From Balanoglossus misakiensis (Eukaryota > Animalia > Hemichordata), in NCBI GenBank assembly GCA_040954595.2, contig CM082579.2:8917625-8981624 (forward strand): a stretch of 64,000 bases of DNA, in the 5' to 3' direction. The notes beneath the pieces were generated by a model. That model searched no databases and was not told where the DNA came from. It saw only the letters and a program-made list of their open reading frames with translations. Below, in pieces: positions 40,636-54,200 of this stretch. A program made the translations under genes and the position numbers. The first letter of the stretch is position 1, and the number at the start of each line of letters is the position of its first letter.

Positions 40636-41255
40636 CATACATACATACATACATACATACATACATACATACATACATACATACATACATACATACATAC
40701 ATACATACATACATACATACATACATACATACATACATACATACATACATACATACATACATACATACATACATACATACATACATACATACATACATAC
40801 ATACATACATACATACATACATACATACATACACTCATTCATTCACTCATTCATTTCTTTCAATGTGTATCATCGATACTGAATATTGTTTTATTCTGTC
40901 TTGCAGACGCTTTGGCAGCAAACAAAGCCTCATCAGACAAGGGATCTTCCAAGTTTGTCACAACCGTAGTTGTGGCAGTTTTTGCTGTCATCGCCCTGCT
41001 GGTTGCCATTGCCGTCATTGTCATTCTTTTACGGAGACGCCGCACGTCGAACAGACAAGATAACACCAACCAAGAAATTGGGTTTGTATATACCAATTGC
41101 CGGAATATAATGCAATATAGTTTGCTTTGTGCGTGAGTCATAGTAATCTTATATGTTCGCCCATAATTTAAAGATGACGAAGTTTAATTTTGTTCGCTTT
41201 TTCTTTTTCGTGAAACAGCATGGAAAGCAAGAGGGGTGATAGCAGTGCTCAGTAG
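24727..41255 (+). CDS. Type I membrane protein: signal peptide - 3 kringle - 24 WAP (four-disulfide core) domains - TM - short tail
   Basis: Signal exon 24727-24790 ([21 protein letters not shown]); kringle exons 26426-26689, 28619-28885, 29360-29620 (each CQKW...HN[YF]CRNPD...WCYTT...RWE.C); WAP exons starting at 30057, 30644, 31250, 31727, 32167, 32599, 32977, 33547, 34030, 34385, 35089, 35621, ~35952, ~36383, ~36653, ~37032, ~37359, ~37747, ~38055, ~38323, ~38713, ~39084, 39423, 40035 (C..C...C..D..C....KCC...CG..C); 21-nt exon 40486-40506; TM exon 40907-41081 ([26 protein letters not shown]); last exon 41219-41255 (TAG). Domain exons are phase 1-1. Confidence 0.9.
29075..29160. repeat. 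Imperfect (ACA)n microsatellite
   Basis: Direct reading; source of the poly-Cys and poly-Leu ORFs on the minus strand. Confidence 0.95.
33778..35394 (+). repeat. Recent ~0.5 kb direct duplication of an intron+WAP exon+intron segment (33778-34293 vs 34846-35394)
   Basis: Near-identical non-coding text in both copies (GATTTCGTCGATGGTGTCAA...TAAAAACAAGTTAATACATTTAAGCAGGTGTGGCGAGGGAAATTGAAAG...), with one ~45-bp indel. Confidence 0.9.
40534..40832. repeat. (ACAT)n microsatellite, ~300 bp, one interruption
   Basis: Direct reading; source of the MYVC-repeat ORFs. Confidence 0.98.
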
Positions 41256-42283
41256 AAAGTTTCCCTCAGAAGTAAGTCTTTTAATTAAAAATACAGTACA
41301 GTGTGCGTTCGGAAGGATTGTTATTGTTTGTTGCTCTCTTCATGTTATTCTGCCCGGTGATAGTTCGGAGCACTCGTTGTGACAGGCAACTGATTCCACG
41401 ATTGCTTTACCGTGGCCAGGAGGCTCGAACAGCGTTTTTGAACCCACTTTTCGAATCATTTATTGACAGGTACCTGAGGTTTGCAAACGATTGCGAAGAT
41501 TATTTCCGGACCCAGTGCTATTACATAAGTAGACCCCGAGATCCTTGGGAAGTCTCCATTTCATTTATCTTGGCAAGACGTTAGACTATCATAATAAAAC
41601 ACTTCAATCTTTACTTTCGTTTTTACTGGCCCACAATACCGATGTTCGTTGTAGTTTACAGTGAGGTACCAAAAGCTGATAATATGCATACATGTACATA
41701 CGCTTGTCTGTAGGACAATATTTGTAAGAGTAGACACACCATATACTTTAACTTGCCTCCTTTTATGTTTGTATACTTTAATGTTATTATTAGATTGGTA
41801 AACGAGAAAATTTTACAGCTCACAGACAAGACCTGAGTTGTTTATCATGTTAGTATAATATAAAATGTTTACAAAATAAATAATTGCTTGAATTATTCAC
41901 GAAATTGGTGTCTTATTTCAAACCCCGAGGTTCTTTCCACTAATTAAAGTTATGTTCGGATAAAATTGCTAAGAAGAAAATTTGAGGTCTGGCGTAGCAT
42001 AAGATCATTAACAGGTGTTGCAGCGTTAATATTCCATATGCCTGCCTGCCTACTGTACCTTTAATATTTTGAGGAAACGTTTTCCTACAGTGTTATGTTT
42101 AACCAAGCAAACAACGACGTTAAAAGGGAGCTATTGCTCAACACAGGCAATGGAGATGACAGACAGAAGAGTAAGCATAACATTTCAATCAATGCATTTG
42201 AAATTGGGTAGAACAGCACACTTTGGTAGTATCCCAACTTGAATGGACTCCACATCAAACCCGTCGACAATGAGTCACCCAGA

Positions 42284-45200
42284 TCACTTCCCAGATAACC
42301 ACTTGGTGCAGGCCATGAATCCAACGGCAAGCGCTGTTACTGCGAGGACAGAGACGATGCAACCGAGAACCACCAGTGAAACGTGGCTGTCCTGCTCTTC
42401 AGCAAATGGTGCAGTTTCTGGTTTGCCTAATTCGGGGAAAAAAAACAGAAAAATGTTCAGTATCGCCAGCCATTGAGTCTTTGCTTCGCTTAAACGTTAC
42501 TTTATGAAAATTCCACGCGGCAAGCTGGTACTACGGCTTTCGCCACCCCCACCCCAGCCTATGGTACTCGGTTATGGATATGAAACGCACAGTTTATACC
42601 TCTGCGCCATTAGTCTATGACACTGGTTGCATTGCTATTTTAGGTAGCAAACTAAAAGGTACGAGAGATTGCAATCTAAAACGATATCTGCCATGATATA
42701 TATGTCACACTTAGGGCTGGGAGATCATGTCATTCGTTCAGGCTAGAGAAATAATTAAATTTACATTACCACAAATACTTGCTACGTCATCAATTATGGA
42801 AACGGCGTAAAAATCCGCCTTGGTGAATAAGGTCCAATAAATTAATTCCCCACATCCGTTGTCCCGGCAGTCATTTGCCAAACTTTGCACTTCCGTGTCA
42901 CCGAGCATGCGCGAATACACATTGAGGAATGCTAGGGCGCCGTGGAAGCCTCTTGCACGTACAAACGTCAGGCGTTGGTTGTATTCTTGTCCGAGGAGAA
43001 TCGTTCCCTTTTTGGCTATCACCCTCCCCTTGGCGTGTATTAGATCATCCTGGAAAACTAGTTTTGAGTCCAGGAAAATCTTCAGTTGGCCGCCTTCACT
43101 GGCCCAGGCGACACACACGTGGTGCCAGTGGCCATCGGCGATTTCCACTCCCTTCGACAGCTCTAAACTCTGACCCAGCTGCAGAAACAGCCCATAGCCG
43201 TGCTTGAGTTGTCCAATGGACAAGACGATCGCTCTCGATTCTTGGGGTGTGTGGTAATGAAACAGTGTTCCGAGACCGTCCACCTCACTGGGCTGCGTCC
43301 ACAAACAGACGGTGAACTCGTCGACTTCGTCTGGGAAAATTGATTGTCGAATGACGTATCCAGTGCCATTGAAATAGAGTGACTTATCCTGAAGTTCCCC
43401 GCGTGTGCAATGAGGACTTGGTTCTGAAATGACACCAAAGACAGTCTCGTTTACGTTCACAGAACCATATATCAAGCCGATGACCATGAACACTACATTC
43501 ACAATACAGGGCTAAGATTGATAGGCATAACAAGTCGATATTACCCTTAATGCAACTGTCAGACCACCACGACCCTTAGGCGAAAATCTATGACGACTTT
43601 GCTCGATCTCACTGTATAGTAAATTGTAATGCACAAATTGCTATCTGTGGAAGAAGCCTCACACAAAGACAGACGTACGGATTGAGACGCCAAGATTGTA
43701 CAATACCTGTCGAAGATGGAATGTGTGCTGTGGTACCGTTTTCACTGGTGGCGTGGCCAGATGGATAACCTGATGATGATTCTGTTGGTCATAAGCGAAG
43801 CAGAAATTACTACACCTAAATTTAACATCTGTTATACAATGTCTTCAATCTTAGCACATTGACATAATTTTTTAACCTCGGACAAGAATATTGTGTGATC
43901 AAGAGGACGCTCTATTGGACAATAATTGCAAAATGTCGTTTTGTAATAGTTTGAAATTTATTTTAAATTTGAAAAATGGCAAATTCCTTTATATTTCTTT
44001 TACAGTTTACACCGCAATTTTAATCGAATCCAAACAGTGATATCAGTTGTGTGATGAGTGTTGATTTACCTTTCACTGTTGTTGTCTCGCGTATGTCAAC
44101 AGGTTTCCTCTTTGATGTTGGAACTTCTGTAATAATACATAAATAAATATGCGAGCAATAGTGCCCCGGTATTTAATTGATTTCTGTTATTGCCTATCAA
44201 ATATGTTTTTGTTTCACCAATTGCAACCCCTGATCGCCATGGTTTTAGCAGCTAGACAAAACCATACATGATAATGAAAAATGCATTTCTTTAAGAAAGG
44301 GATGGGCCGGTTTGTATTACAAATTCAAAAGACTAAAATTACAACACCGTACCTGTTGCTCCTCCTCTTCTTGTTGGCGTTCTTTCTGAGGTGTATTGTG
44401 CCGTGGGTGCTCTTGTTGGAATGGAGACTGGAGTTGGCGAATTCCAAAATAAAATGCAAATATAGTTTTTATCAGCTACGCATTAAAAGTCACAGAATTA
44501 CATAAGCACAACTTTGGGTAATCAATCAATCGTGTAATCAACCAAACCATCCATCCACCCGTCCAAAGTCAAAGGCTTCAACTATGACATGGAAACATGC
44601 TGTTCAAAACTGTTGAAATCACAATTTCGGTTGTAAAGTGAGCATTTCCCTTTTAATTTTCATACATATTAAACACAAATGCACAGAACAGCCCAGTCAG
44701 ATGATCAACATCGGAACACACACCTCAACCCACACTCTAAACCGCGGCAGCGAAAATACCAGTTCAATGCTGATCCTTACCCGGATTATCACACGCATGC
44801 CCACATCCATTAGGACAACATTTTTGTTTTCCCGGACAATCTCCATCGCTGTAACACGCCTCCTCACATAGACCAAATGTGAAGTCAGCAACGAATGGAC
44901 ATAGACCAGGTTTGTCTTCTGGTTCAACTGTACATTTGTATGACATTTACAAAATAATCATTGTTTCTTGTCAAAATATTAAATTGTGAATGTTCAGTGT
45001 CGTTTTCAATACTTGTATTCATGACAGTGTCTGTCTGTCTGTTCACTTGTCCATTCAACAATAATCCATCCATCCAATCTATCCATCAATCCAGTCTCCC
45101 AAAGGCAGACAGACAGACAGACAAACAGAGCCTCATCCATATGTCTTAAAATCGGTAAATAACAAGTCGGAATATACTTGCTGGTTTGTCGCCAGTTAAA

Positions 45201-48200
45201 ATCTAAATACCACCTTGTCCCATGTATAACGTACAACTATGATAACACAATTCGTTGCTACGTTACCTGGATAATTGCAGTCATGACCACACCCGTTAAA
45301 ACAACATTTCTGGCTTCCCTGGCAGTCCATGTCACCACGACACGCCTCCTCACACAGGCCAAATGTATCATCTTCCACGAAGGGACATAGTCCGGGTTTG
45401 TTGACACGCTGAACTGTTAGGCACAAACAGAAAAAAATCTAGGCCCAGCCTCGTAAAATCAAGTATGGATGATGATGATACTTATGGGTATTACAAGTAT
45501 TTTATGTATTACATGTACATCTGTTGGGTGTATTATATGTATTCAAACCGTCTCCATTCAATAAAACACAACGCGCCGATCATACCTGGGTTATCACAAG
45601 CAAGGCCGCATCCGTTCGAACAACATTTTTGCTTTCCCGGGCAATCTCTGTCTGTATGGCAAGACTCATCACATCCGTCGAATGCGAAGGACTCAACGAG
45701 TGGACATGTACCTGGTTTGTTTACTGGGAGCTCTGTAAAGTAAAAATGTTTGCATACATCCTGGGAGACTGTTTTTTCGCGGTAAATTGTTACTATAGCG
45801 ATTACATTTGTATTCTAGCCTGTCCAATCTTATGAAAATATCAGGTGACCAGTCTAATCGATGGTCAAAATCGCGATTTTTTTGGCACCACGACATCTTA
45901 CTAAATATCTGAGGAGATCTTCTCTTAGAGCTAATTATTCAAACACCAAGAATGTAGAATTGGTTGTTAAAGTCAAGTATGATCCGTCTGTTTGAGGAGA
46001 AACTCACATCTTACCTTCTGTCGATACTGGTGGAGTTGTGACAAACGTTGTTTCGGGGGTTGTTTGTGATGGGGTTGTTCCAATTCCATCTATATGTGGA
46101 GGCGAGAAAAGACCACATCTTAATATCTTTTGAGTTCAAGTTTATTACGAACCTGCACTGTGAGAGCTCCCGGCAAGGTTCTTTCATTAATTTTATGCCT
46201 ATATGTCGACTTACACAAGTCAATACAAACATTGTCACCGAAGTGCGTTGAACTACTTATACGATTATATAAGAAACTAAGTCAGCGGGTATTTTTTCAA
46301 AAGAATTTACCACGATAAGTGATTTTTCTGACTGTACAGAACAGATTGTCGAGAATTGACACATTATGCCATTAAATAGACCAATTTCCGCCGAGAACGA
46401 TATCTCGCGAGAATCATTTGATGCCCCTGATAATCGCCGGAAGTACGCAGCAAACGACATTCTATTGCAACCACGTCAGAAAAAAATGAAACACCTACCG
46501 GGCCGCACGCAAACATCTCCACAGTATGAATAGCAACATTTCAGGTGACCACTGCAGTCGTTGTCGCTTGAACACGCGTCCAGATTATTGCAATCGTCCG
46601 ATAGGGCTGGGCACACACCGGGCTTCCGTGTATGTTTCGCTGCGGTTGAAAATATCATTGAGCATCAAAGTTCACTTCGAGTAGCATATAAATGTTTGCG
46701 TAAGACGTGATCTTAAATTGGAATATGCAGGCGACACCATTTTCCTACTGGCATTTACGGACTAATTCCACTTAACATATTTGTAATAAAGCTGAATAGC
46801 AGACGAGACCTGAACACACCTGGATTGGCGCACACATGACCACACCCAGTGGGACAGCATTTCTGCCAGTAAATGCAGTCATCATCATATGAACACGTCT
46901 CTTCACACAGAGCGCCCTCTATTTCACGTTGACACTGCCCGGGTTTGGTTCCTCGAGATCCTAACGGAGATATAAAATACCAGTTTTACTTTGGTGAGTA
47001 GCCCTGTACCTAGCGACTTAATTTATGCTATCAGATAAAATAGTTTCAATAATGAATGGATAAATAACTACTGTCAGAGAATAAGATATATATTCGAACA
47101 TTCTGAATGACTCAGACCAATCACCATGTTAGAAAGTGGCGTCTGACAGGCTGTAATACAGAATAGGCTGTTTCATGATTTACCTGGTGGCAATCTAGCA
47201 ATGGTTGTCGGGAGTGTGCTGGTATCTGGAGAAAAAAATGCAAGGTAATCAGTTATTATTCCGCTGTCCGATTTTGCATTGAAATGTTGGCCGAGGACAA
47301 CATTATTAAATTCTAGATATATTATAGTAGTCCGTACACCAAACGATTGTGAATATTTTAAGTTTTTTAAAAGTATTTTTTTTTCTAAATGACAAAAAAC
47401 AGGCTTACCAAGCCTTAATCGTGCTGGAGTAGCAACAATTACCGGAGTTTCAGGGACCATCTCTGAAGTGGTCATTTCAATTGGAATTCCATCTGTGTGT
47501 AGAGATACGAAATTGCATGATCTCAAGCTTCTCTCGAATTCACCCTTCCGCAAGTATGCTCCATACAGTTGGAAATGTTTCTGACAGGCGTAAATTTTAC
47601 TTAAAGCTCTGATCATGCATGCAACCGTTGTTATATCAAGATCAACTTCACCCGTGTCCCTTTCACGAATATTTCATAATACAAATACTGCACCAGCGCC
47701 TTCTTGCATTTCGACAGGATTCCTGGACAGGATCATGGCACGTGACAAAGTATACATTGCTCTCCCTTCTAAGTAATGCCAAAGACTTACCAGGTCGCAC
47801 ACAAACACGTCCACAGCGTGAATAACAACACTTCAGGTAACTGCTGCAGTCGTTGTCGTTTGAACACGAGTCGAGGTGACTGCAATCGTCCGGAAGAGCT
47901 GGGCACACACCGGGCTTCAGTTTGAGCTTCGCTGCAGTTGGAAATAAATTGGGGATCGTTTAGGGTTAAGGCAGATCAGATGGTGTAACTCTTTGGTTGA
48001 TTTGATCCATTACCGTCACAAGTTCATAAATAAGTAGCATGTCACACCAACGGGAATACATGAACGTTACTATGTGTAATGTTCCCCTTGACTTGCATAA
48101 CGTTCAGTGCTGTCAGTCAGTCAGTCAGTCAGTCAGTCAGTCAGTCAGTCGACAGACGATGTTGCATACATGTACATTACCTGGCGCGAATCTACGCGTT

Positions 48201-51200
48201 GGTACCATCCTTGCGGTGGTTATCGGCAGTATGTGGGTATCTGAGGAAAAAAGTTTCAATTTTATGTGTGATGATTGCATTGCAGACCACCCACTCTCCA
48301 AAATCACAGGACCAGTCCATATATACTAAAACAAGGTGCCTATTGATGGCATCGGAAATTGTGGTTTTGTTTTCTTAAAAGAATTACTTTGAGAACATAT
48401 TGTGGCACCTTCCCTACAAATTTCAATAGTGACGAAATTGATTGGGATTTCAACATCCAGCTTACCAAGTTCTAGTCCCTGGGGAGTCGTTTCAGGGGCC
48501 ATTCGTGAGGTGGTCGTTTCAATTGCAATCCCATCTGTGCATATGCGGAGACAAGAACATGCATTTAAAGCTCGCCTTTGCCAAGTATGTACCGCGACTC
48601 ACTCCGAGAATTTCTTGTGAATGTTCACGCACAAGTTTTCTTAGCCGGGCGTACTCGACGCCGTGGACGTTGAATGGTAAGTCTGCATATGTTATACTGC
48701 GTCGATCAAGTACATTCATGATCACCTTATGCGTAAATGCACGTGAAATTACAACATTCGAGAGAATGGCACCTGACATACCATCATGCATTTCCTCTTG
48801 GTAATGCCCTACCTCAAAACATGACCGCAACGTTAAAGTACCATGGAAATGATTGAACTTGAGCTTACCGGGCCGCACGCAAACACGTCCACACCGAGAA
48901 AAGCAACATTTCAGGTAACTGTTGCAGTCATTGTCGTTTGAACACGTGTCGAGGTGACTGCAATCGTCCGGGAGATCTGGGCACACGCCGGGCTTCAGTT
49001 TATGTTTCACTGCGGTTGAAAAATACATTGGATGTGTTCACTACATTATGTAAATAAAGTATGTGTGAATCAAACTTTATTCGAGGAGTTATCCCCCCCA
49101 GCCGTTCAAGCCGCGCACATATGAAATTTCTAGGCTATTAAAGCCCTCTATAGTGTCACTATTTGTTGATTAATAAAATAAGGGAAATTTCGCGTTCTAT
49201 ACTGTTGTGGTCATTCAGTAAATATTCACAACCTAGAGCGTGATTTTGTATCCAGGGCCAATTAGCCCTGTTCCAACCGTGTCATGGTGCACTGAAACTT
49301 TCGCGTGTCCACCAATTATATTGCTGTGCTTGCACCATCAACACACTGGTATAATATGATCACGAGTATATAATTATCGATAGAATGTGATTTTCTCGAA
49401 ATCCAGGAAAAGGCAGAACACTTCTCACAAGCCGCGCAGACCCACTTTTTTTCACATTTGCATATAGTCTCCCATTATGCGCCTTATAACGGGACTTTAT
49501 TTTTGTTATCGCATTACTAGTAATGACCATACGAACAGGATTTTCTTCGGGCAAACTCTCTGTAAATAAATGATTTTAAATCTATAGTTTCAATTTAGAC
49601 TATCATGCCCAGATGGTGTTTACTATAGATTGGTGGAATTCATCAGGCACGACAACGTTCCCCCAACGAGTTGGTTTTGGAAGACATTGTTACGGCTATT
49701 TGAGATAAGAGTCACTTGTATACTATTTCCTCGCGTTTTCACCAATCATATTGCTGTGCTTGCACCATCAATGGTATAATATAATCATGAATGTCTTATT
49801 GATTGAATGACAATGACAACCGTAAACCTAGTGATTTTCTGGACATCCGGGAGTAGGCAGAACGCCTCTCGCAAGCAGTCGCACTTTGTTTCAAATTTGC
49901 ATATAGGCTAGACTCCCATAATGCACTTTATAACGGGAACCTTATTGTAGATGTAACATGCTTCAATTTTTGGCTATCGCATTAAGTGCCCATGCGAACA
50001 GGATTTTCTTCGGGCAAACTCTCTGTAATGTAGAAATCTAACAAAGAATTGACCATACGTTTTATAGTTCGATTTCACGAGGGATTATGAATCTGCTGAT
50101 TCATTTCAGAATATTTCCAGGTGGTGTCTATTATAAATTGCTGGACTCCATCAGGCACAACACCTTTCCCCCACGAGTTGGTTTTTAAGACATTGTTACG
50201 GCTATTTCAGGTAAGAGGCACTGGAATACTATTTTCTGTACAGATTTTATCTGTTGTAAGTTTCCATTGAATATTAGCAAGTTAGTTTATTGGTGTAGCG
50301 TGATCAATACCGATATTTAATGTACGTTTGATGTGGACAGTTAACCTTGGATCTGGTTTTGTGTACTCTCCACACACATGAATGTGTAAATTCAATATTA
50401 TACATCTGAATAATTTATAGAAGGCGCTGAGTAGCTACAATTTTGAACACTCTCATTAAATTTCTGAATGCACGTCATCATTTATATTACATGTTTATGA
50501 TTATCAAGCACTTTTTTCTGGTGATGTTTATCTCCCAGGAAGAAACCGCCATGAATTGGATCTTCAGTTTCTTGATTGTCGGCGCCATGTGCGTGCCTTG
50601 GGTGAAATCGGGACCCGTAAGTCAGTATTTAAGCTACATTTGAATGTCGAAGTGTTTGTATTTGCATTTATTGACAATTAAACCCTCGTAATACTTTCTT
50701 AATAGTTTCATCATCGCGATATGGTACACAATTTGAATGTCTGATGAGGTTGTTTAAAATATCCGAACCAACTACATGTATTACAAAACGACTGTTGATT
50801 GCTATAAATTCACAAATAAATCAATATTAGCAAACAATATGTTATAATATATATCCTCATTTTAGTACAGTGCTCTTGTCAAGTAACCTAATACTTTTTA
50901 ACTTGCAGACTTGGTGTGGTGGAAGTGATCTTACGGTAAGTCAGTTCATTATATTTTGTTTGAGTATTATCATAATGCCATGATATAACTCCATGAACTC
51001 TGCGCACGATCAGTGCTGTACAGAAGTTATTTCCACGAGCTCAGCGTTGTATTCTGCGGCAGTACTTTCACAAGTGCAGTAAATGAAGAATACCGCGCAT
51101 AGCATATTGAACATGGATTCGATAACACAGGCGATAGCGAGAGATTTTCGTACATTTGGAGATTCCGGCAACCAAATATTTCGGTATTCTGACGATAGTT

Positions 51201-54200
51201 TGGAAATATACAAAATGATGTCCCCAAATTATTTGAAAAAAAATATATATATATTGTTTCCATTCTAATGCTCAGTTCTGGTATTCAATGCTTACTGAAC
51301 GGACAGGAGAAAACTGTTAATTAATACAATGTTATTACGAAAGCAGTTTTCAGTTTAAAATAGAGCGAAGATAATTTTGTTTAGTTGCCATCTTTTGGGT
51401 TTCGTTTCCTCGACAATATAAACAGTTTTTTATCGTGACTGATGGTGAGGATTGGCAGATAGTTACCCCTACAGACCATCATGGCACTGCCGCTGTACAA
51501 TTTTTTGTTTTCGACATTCATGTTTCCTTATTTTGTTTTGTTTTCTAATCCGTATTTTCTTTTTATGCTGAGAAAGTATGATTACCGAGGTGAGAAGCAA
51601 TTTGTTTTTACATGAACTGTGTATTTGTGCGACGTTTGACTCTGTCAATTGATTAAAAGGGTTTCACTACAGATCGACATTGAAATGACTGTTGCGATTT
51701 GTAGAAGAAGCAATACCAATCACCACAGAAAAGCTGTTCGGACGATACTAGCGAGTTTAATTATTGTTTTTGTCACCTGCAATGACATGTGTTGGTGTTG
51801 CTCCCATCGCTTTCATTTGATGTTGATTAAAACGTGGCTATAGTGACCATCATGGACATAAACCTCTGTATGAGAATACAGTGCTGCAATGTCATCAATG
51901 TGTATGCTGACGTATATGTCTGCCTGTTACTGAACAGGAACCAGCACTATAAAAACCAAAATCGGCTGCATGTGCGTGATGTATATCTACTACTGTCAAC
52001 AACCTGACGGTGAGTACTACGAGGACGCCGACACTTTCTGCAGAGAGAGGTGCACGATGGGAGGAATATCTGGTAGACTTGCCGTTCTCAACAGTCAAGA
52101 AAAGCTCGACCACGTGGTGGACACCATCACTAATCACCAACTGAATAGTACAGATTGCATTCCAAACCACGGTTTCTGGATCGGTCTGACGGATCGCTTC
52201 ACAGAAGGGAGCTTCATCTGGGCTGATGGCGAGGCCCTGTGCCCCGGTGAATTTAGTGCCTGGGCTCCGGGGGAGCCCAATAACAACGTGAGAAGGAATC
52301 CCGCGCAGGGACAAGACTGTGCTCAATTATGGTAAGAGGCCTCCTTGATAATAAATACTAGACCGCTATTTTATAGTTAAGTTCATATGACGTTCGACTT
52401 ACTTTACAGATTTTGAACATGTTATCCAAATTTCAGTGTAGCCTACTACTTAAAACTTTAATGAATCAAAACCTGACAGACTAGTGATAAATAAATTACA
52501 GAGATTTTTAATCATTTATATCAGACAGGAAGTGCACCTTTTTGCCTACATTAAATGTACCTTCGTTTAACATGATGACTAAGCACATTATTAAGTGAAT
52601 CACATCCCTGCAGTGAATATCACGGAATATCACACGAATGTGTAGTGTACGTTGGTATATACCTTCACTAATTTCATCTTTGAAAATTGGTCATGGTTTA
52701 ATACAGTTACACTCTTTTCCAATGAATTGTTCAAGTGGTCAAATAAGTAATGTTTTTTATGCCATTCGTACAGGTTTCGTTTTGGTAACAATGGCTTATG
52801 GGATGACGAGTACTGTGCTGTACGTTCGAAGGGTTTCGTGTGTGAAATTCAAGGTAAGAATCAAAACTTTCTTCAGATTTGCAAAATGTACGCATGCTTC
52901 TTTGCATTTTTTGCATGTCATACATGTACAGATGCGATACTGTACAGTGACTGAATGTGTGCGTGTTAGGGGGAGAGACAGACACATTGACAGACATGAG
53001 AGGCGTAGATTCAAAACAAAGGCTTTGTCGTTATTGCAGATCCGGGTTGCACCACTTGGGCAGAACATGAAGCTTCACGCCTGGCAAGTAGTGCTTAGGA
53101 CCGTGCAGAGTGGACATGGAGCACGCCCGCTGTGACAACTATAGCCAGTCATGGTTATTTGCATTGTAGTGATTTTGTCTCAGACTTTTGCGATTGCATG
53201 CAGATATTATAATTGGTCAAATTTGATGAAGGAAGACTTGCGTTTTAGAGCTTGGATTGTATCGGTGAACGAAGGATTAACTAGAAAAGTTACATGTATT
53301 AGAAATAAAATATCAAATACTGGATATCATATTGTAAAAGGATTTCATTAATATCCATGCGTAGCATTCATGTTAAATGAGAACTTAGCATAAGCCCTTC
53401 AACAATCATGAAAGATATACCCTTGTCTCCAAAGCAATAAGTATAGCCAGTGTGTTCTATTACTTTAATGACAAATACCGTCTGCCTGGATAGCAACGCG
53501 CGTATTGCCTCTCCAGAGGGCGCCGTCAATGACCTGTGGCTTTTCATAGACGCATCTGGTGAGGCGTATTGACTAAATGTGTCCTTTCAGACATCTTGGA
53601 TGTGCTGAACACTCAAAAACCAGTGTGTTCTATTACTTTAATGACAAATACCGTCGCCGCTATTTTGCCGCTGTTGACATCAACCCTAAAAGTTATGCGA
53701 TACATACCCCGGGCTCTCCGTAATGGCGGCCTTGTCTCAACATGATGTGGGATTGTGTTTGCTGGAGTTTCCGTTGACGGACTACCTGAAAGACAAGAGG
53801 ACGTTTTGATAAGTCAAAAAGAGTAAGATATCGAGATTAGGAAACATCTTTCAGGCAGGAAGGAGCACAGTTCAGTTAAACAAAGTAAACGATGACATTA
53901 ATCCCTTTCTTCAAGCTTCGTAAGAAAAGGTTACACACAAGTTGTCGAACGAGAGCGTTGGAGTGACCCATATCTGCAGCGTGGCAGTTTTTTCGTCCAA
54001 AAATAGGAAGGGTTGTTTGTTTAATGGAGTAAACATCGTTGCTATTAAAAAGAATGTTTGGTGTGAGATTAACTTTAATATTCTGCATCGCGAATGCCAA
54101 TTTGTGCGAGACGGAGGAGATTGTAACGGTGTCGCTTCATTTTACGATTTGAACTTCCATCCTGCACCAGGCACTGTAGCTGTTCAAATGTTTATATCGG

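Noticed and set aside
40486-40842. MYVC-repeat ORFs (also HSFI ORFs at 57721-58336 and poly-Cys/Leu ORFs at 28919-29195)
   Set aside because: Stop-free microsatellites with no splice or domain support.
41231-41243. RGDS motif near the C-terminus of the kringle-WAP protein; CRGDG in two Sushi domains
   Set aside because: The first is cytoplasmic; the others fall in the generic CxxDGxW Sushi consensus.
41303-41584. ORF resembling a small secreted peptide
   Set aside because: Begins at GTG, lies 48 nt after the kringle-WAP stop in the presumed 3' UTR, and has no recognisable domain.
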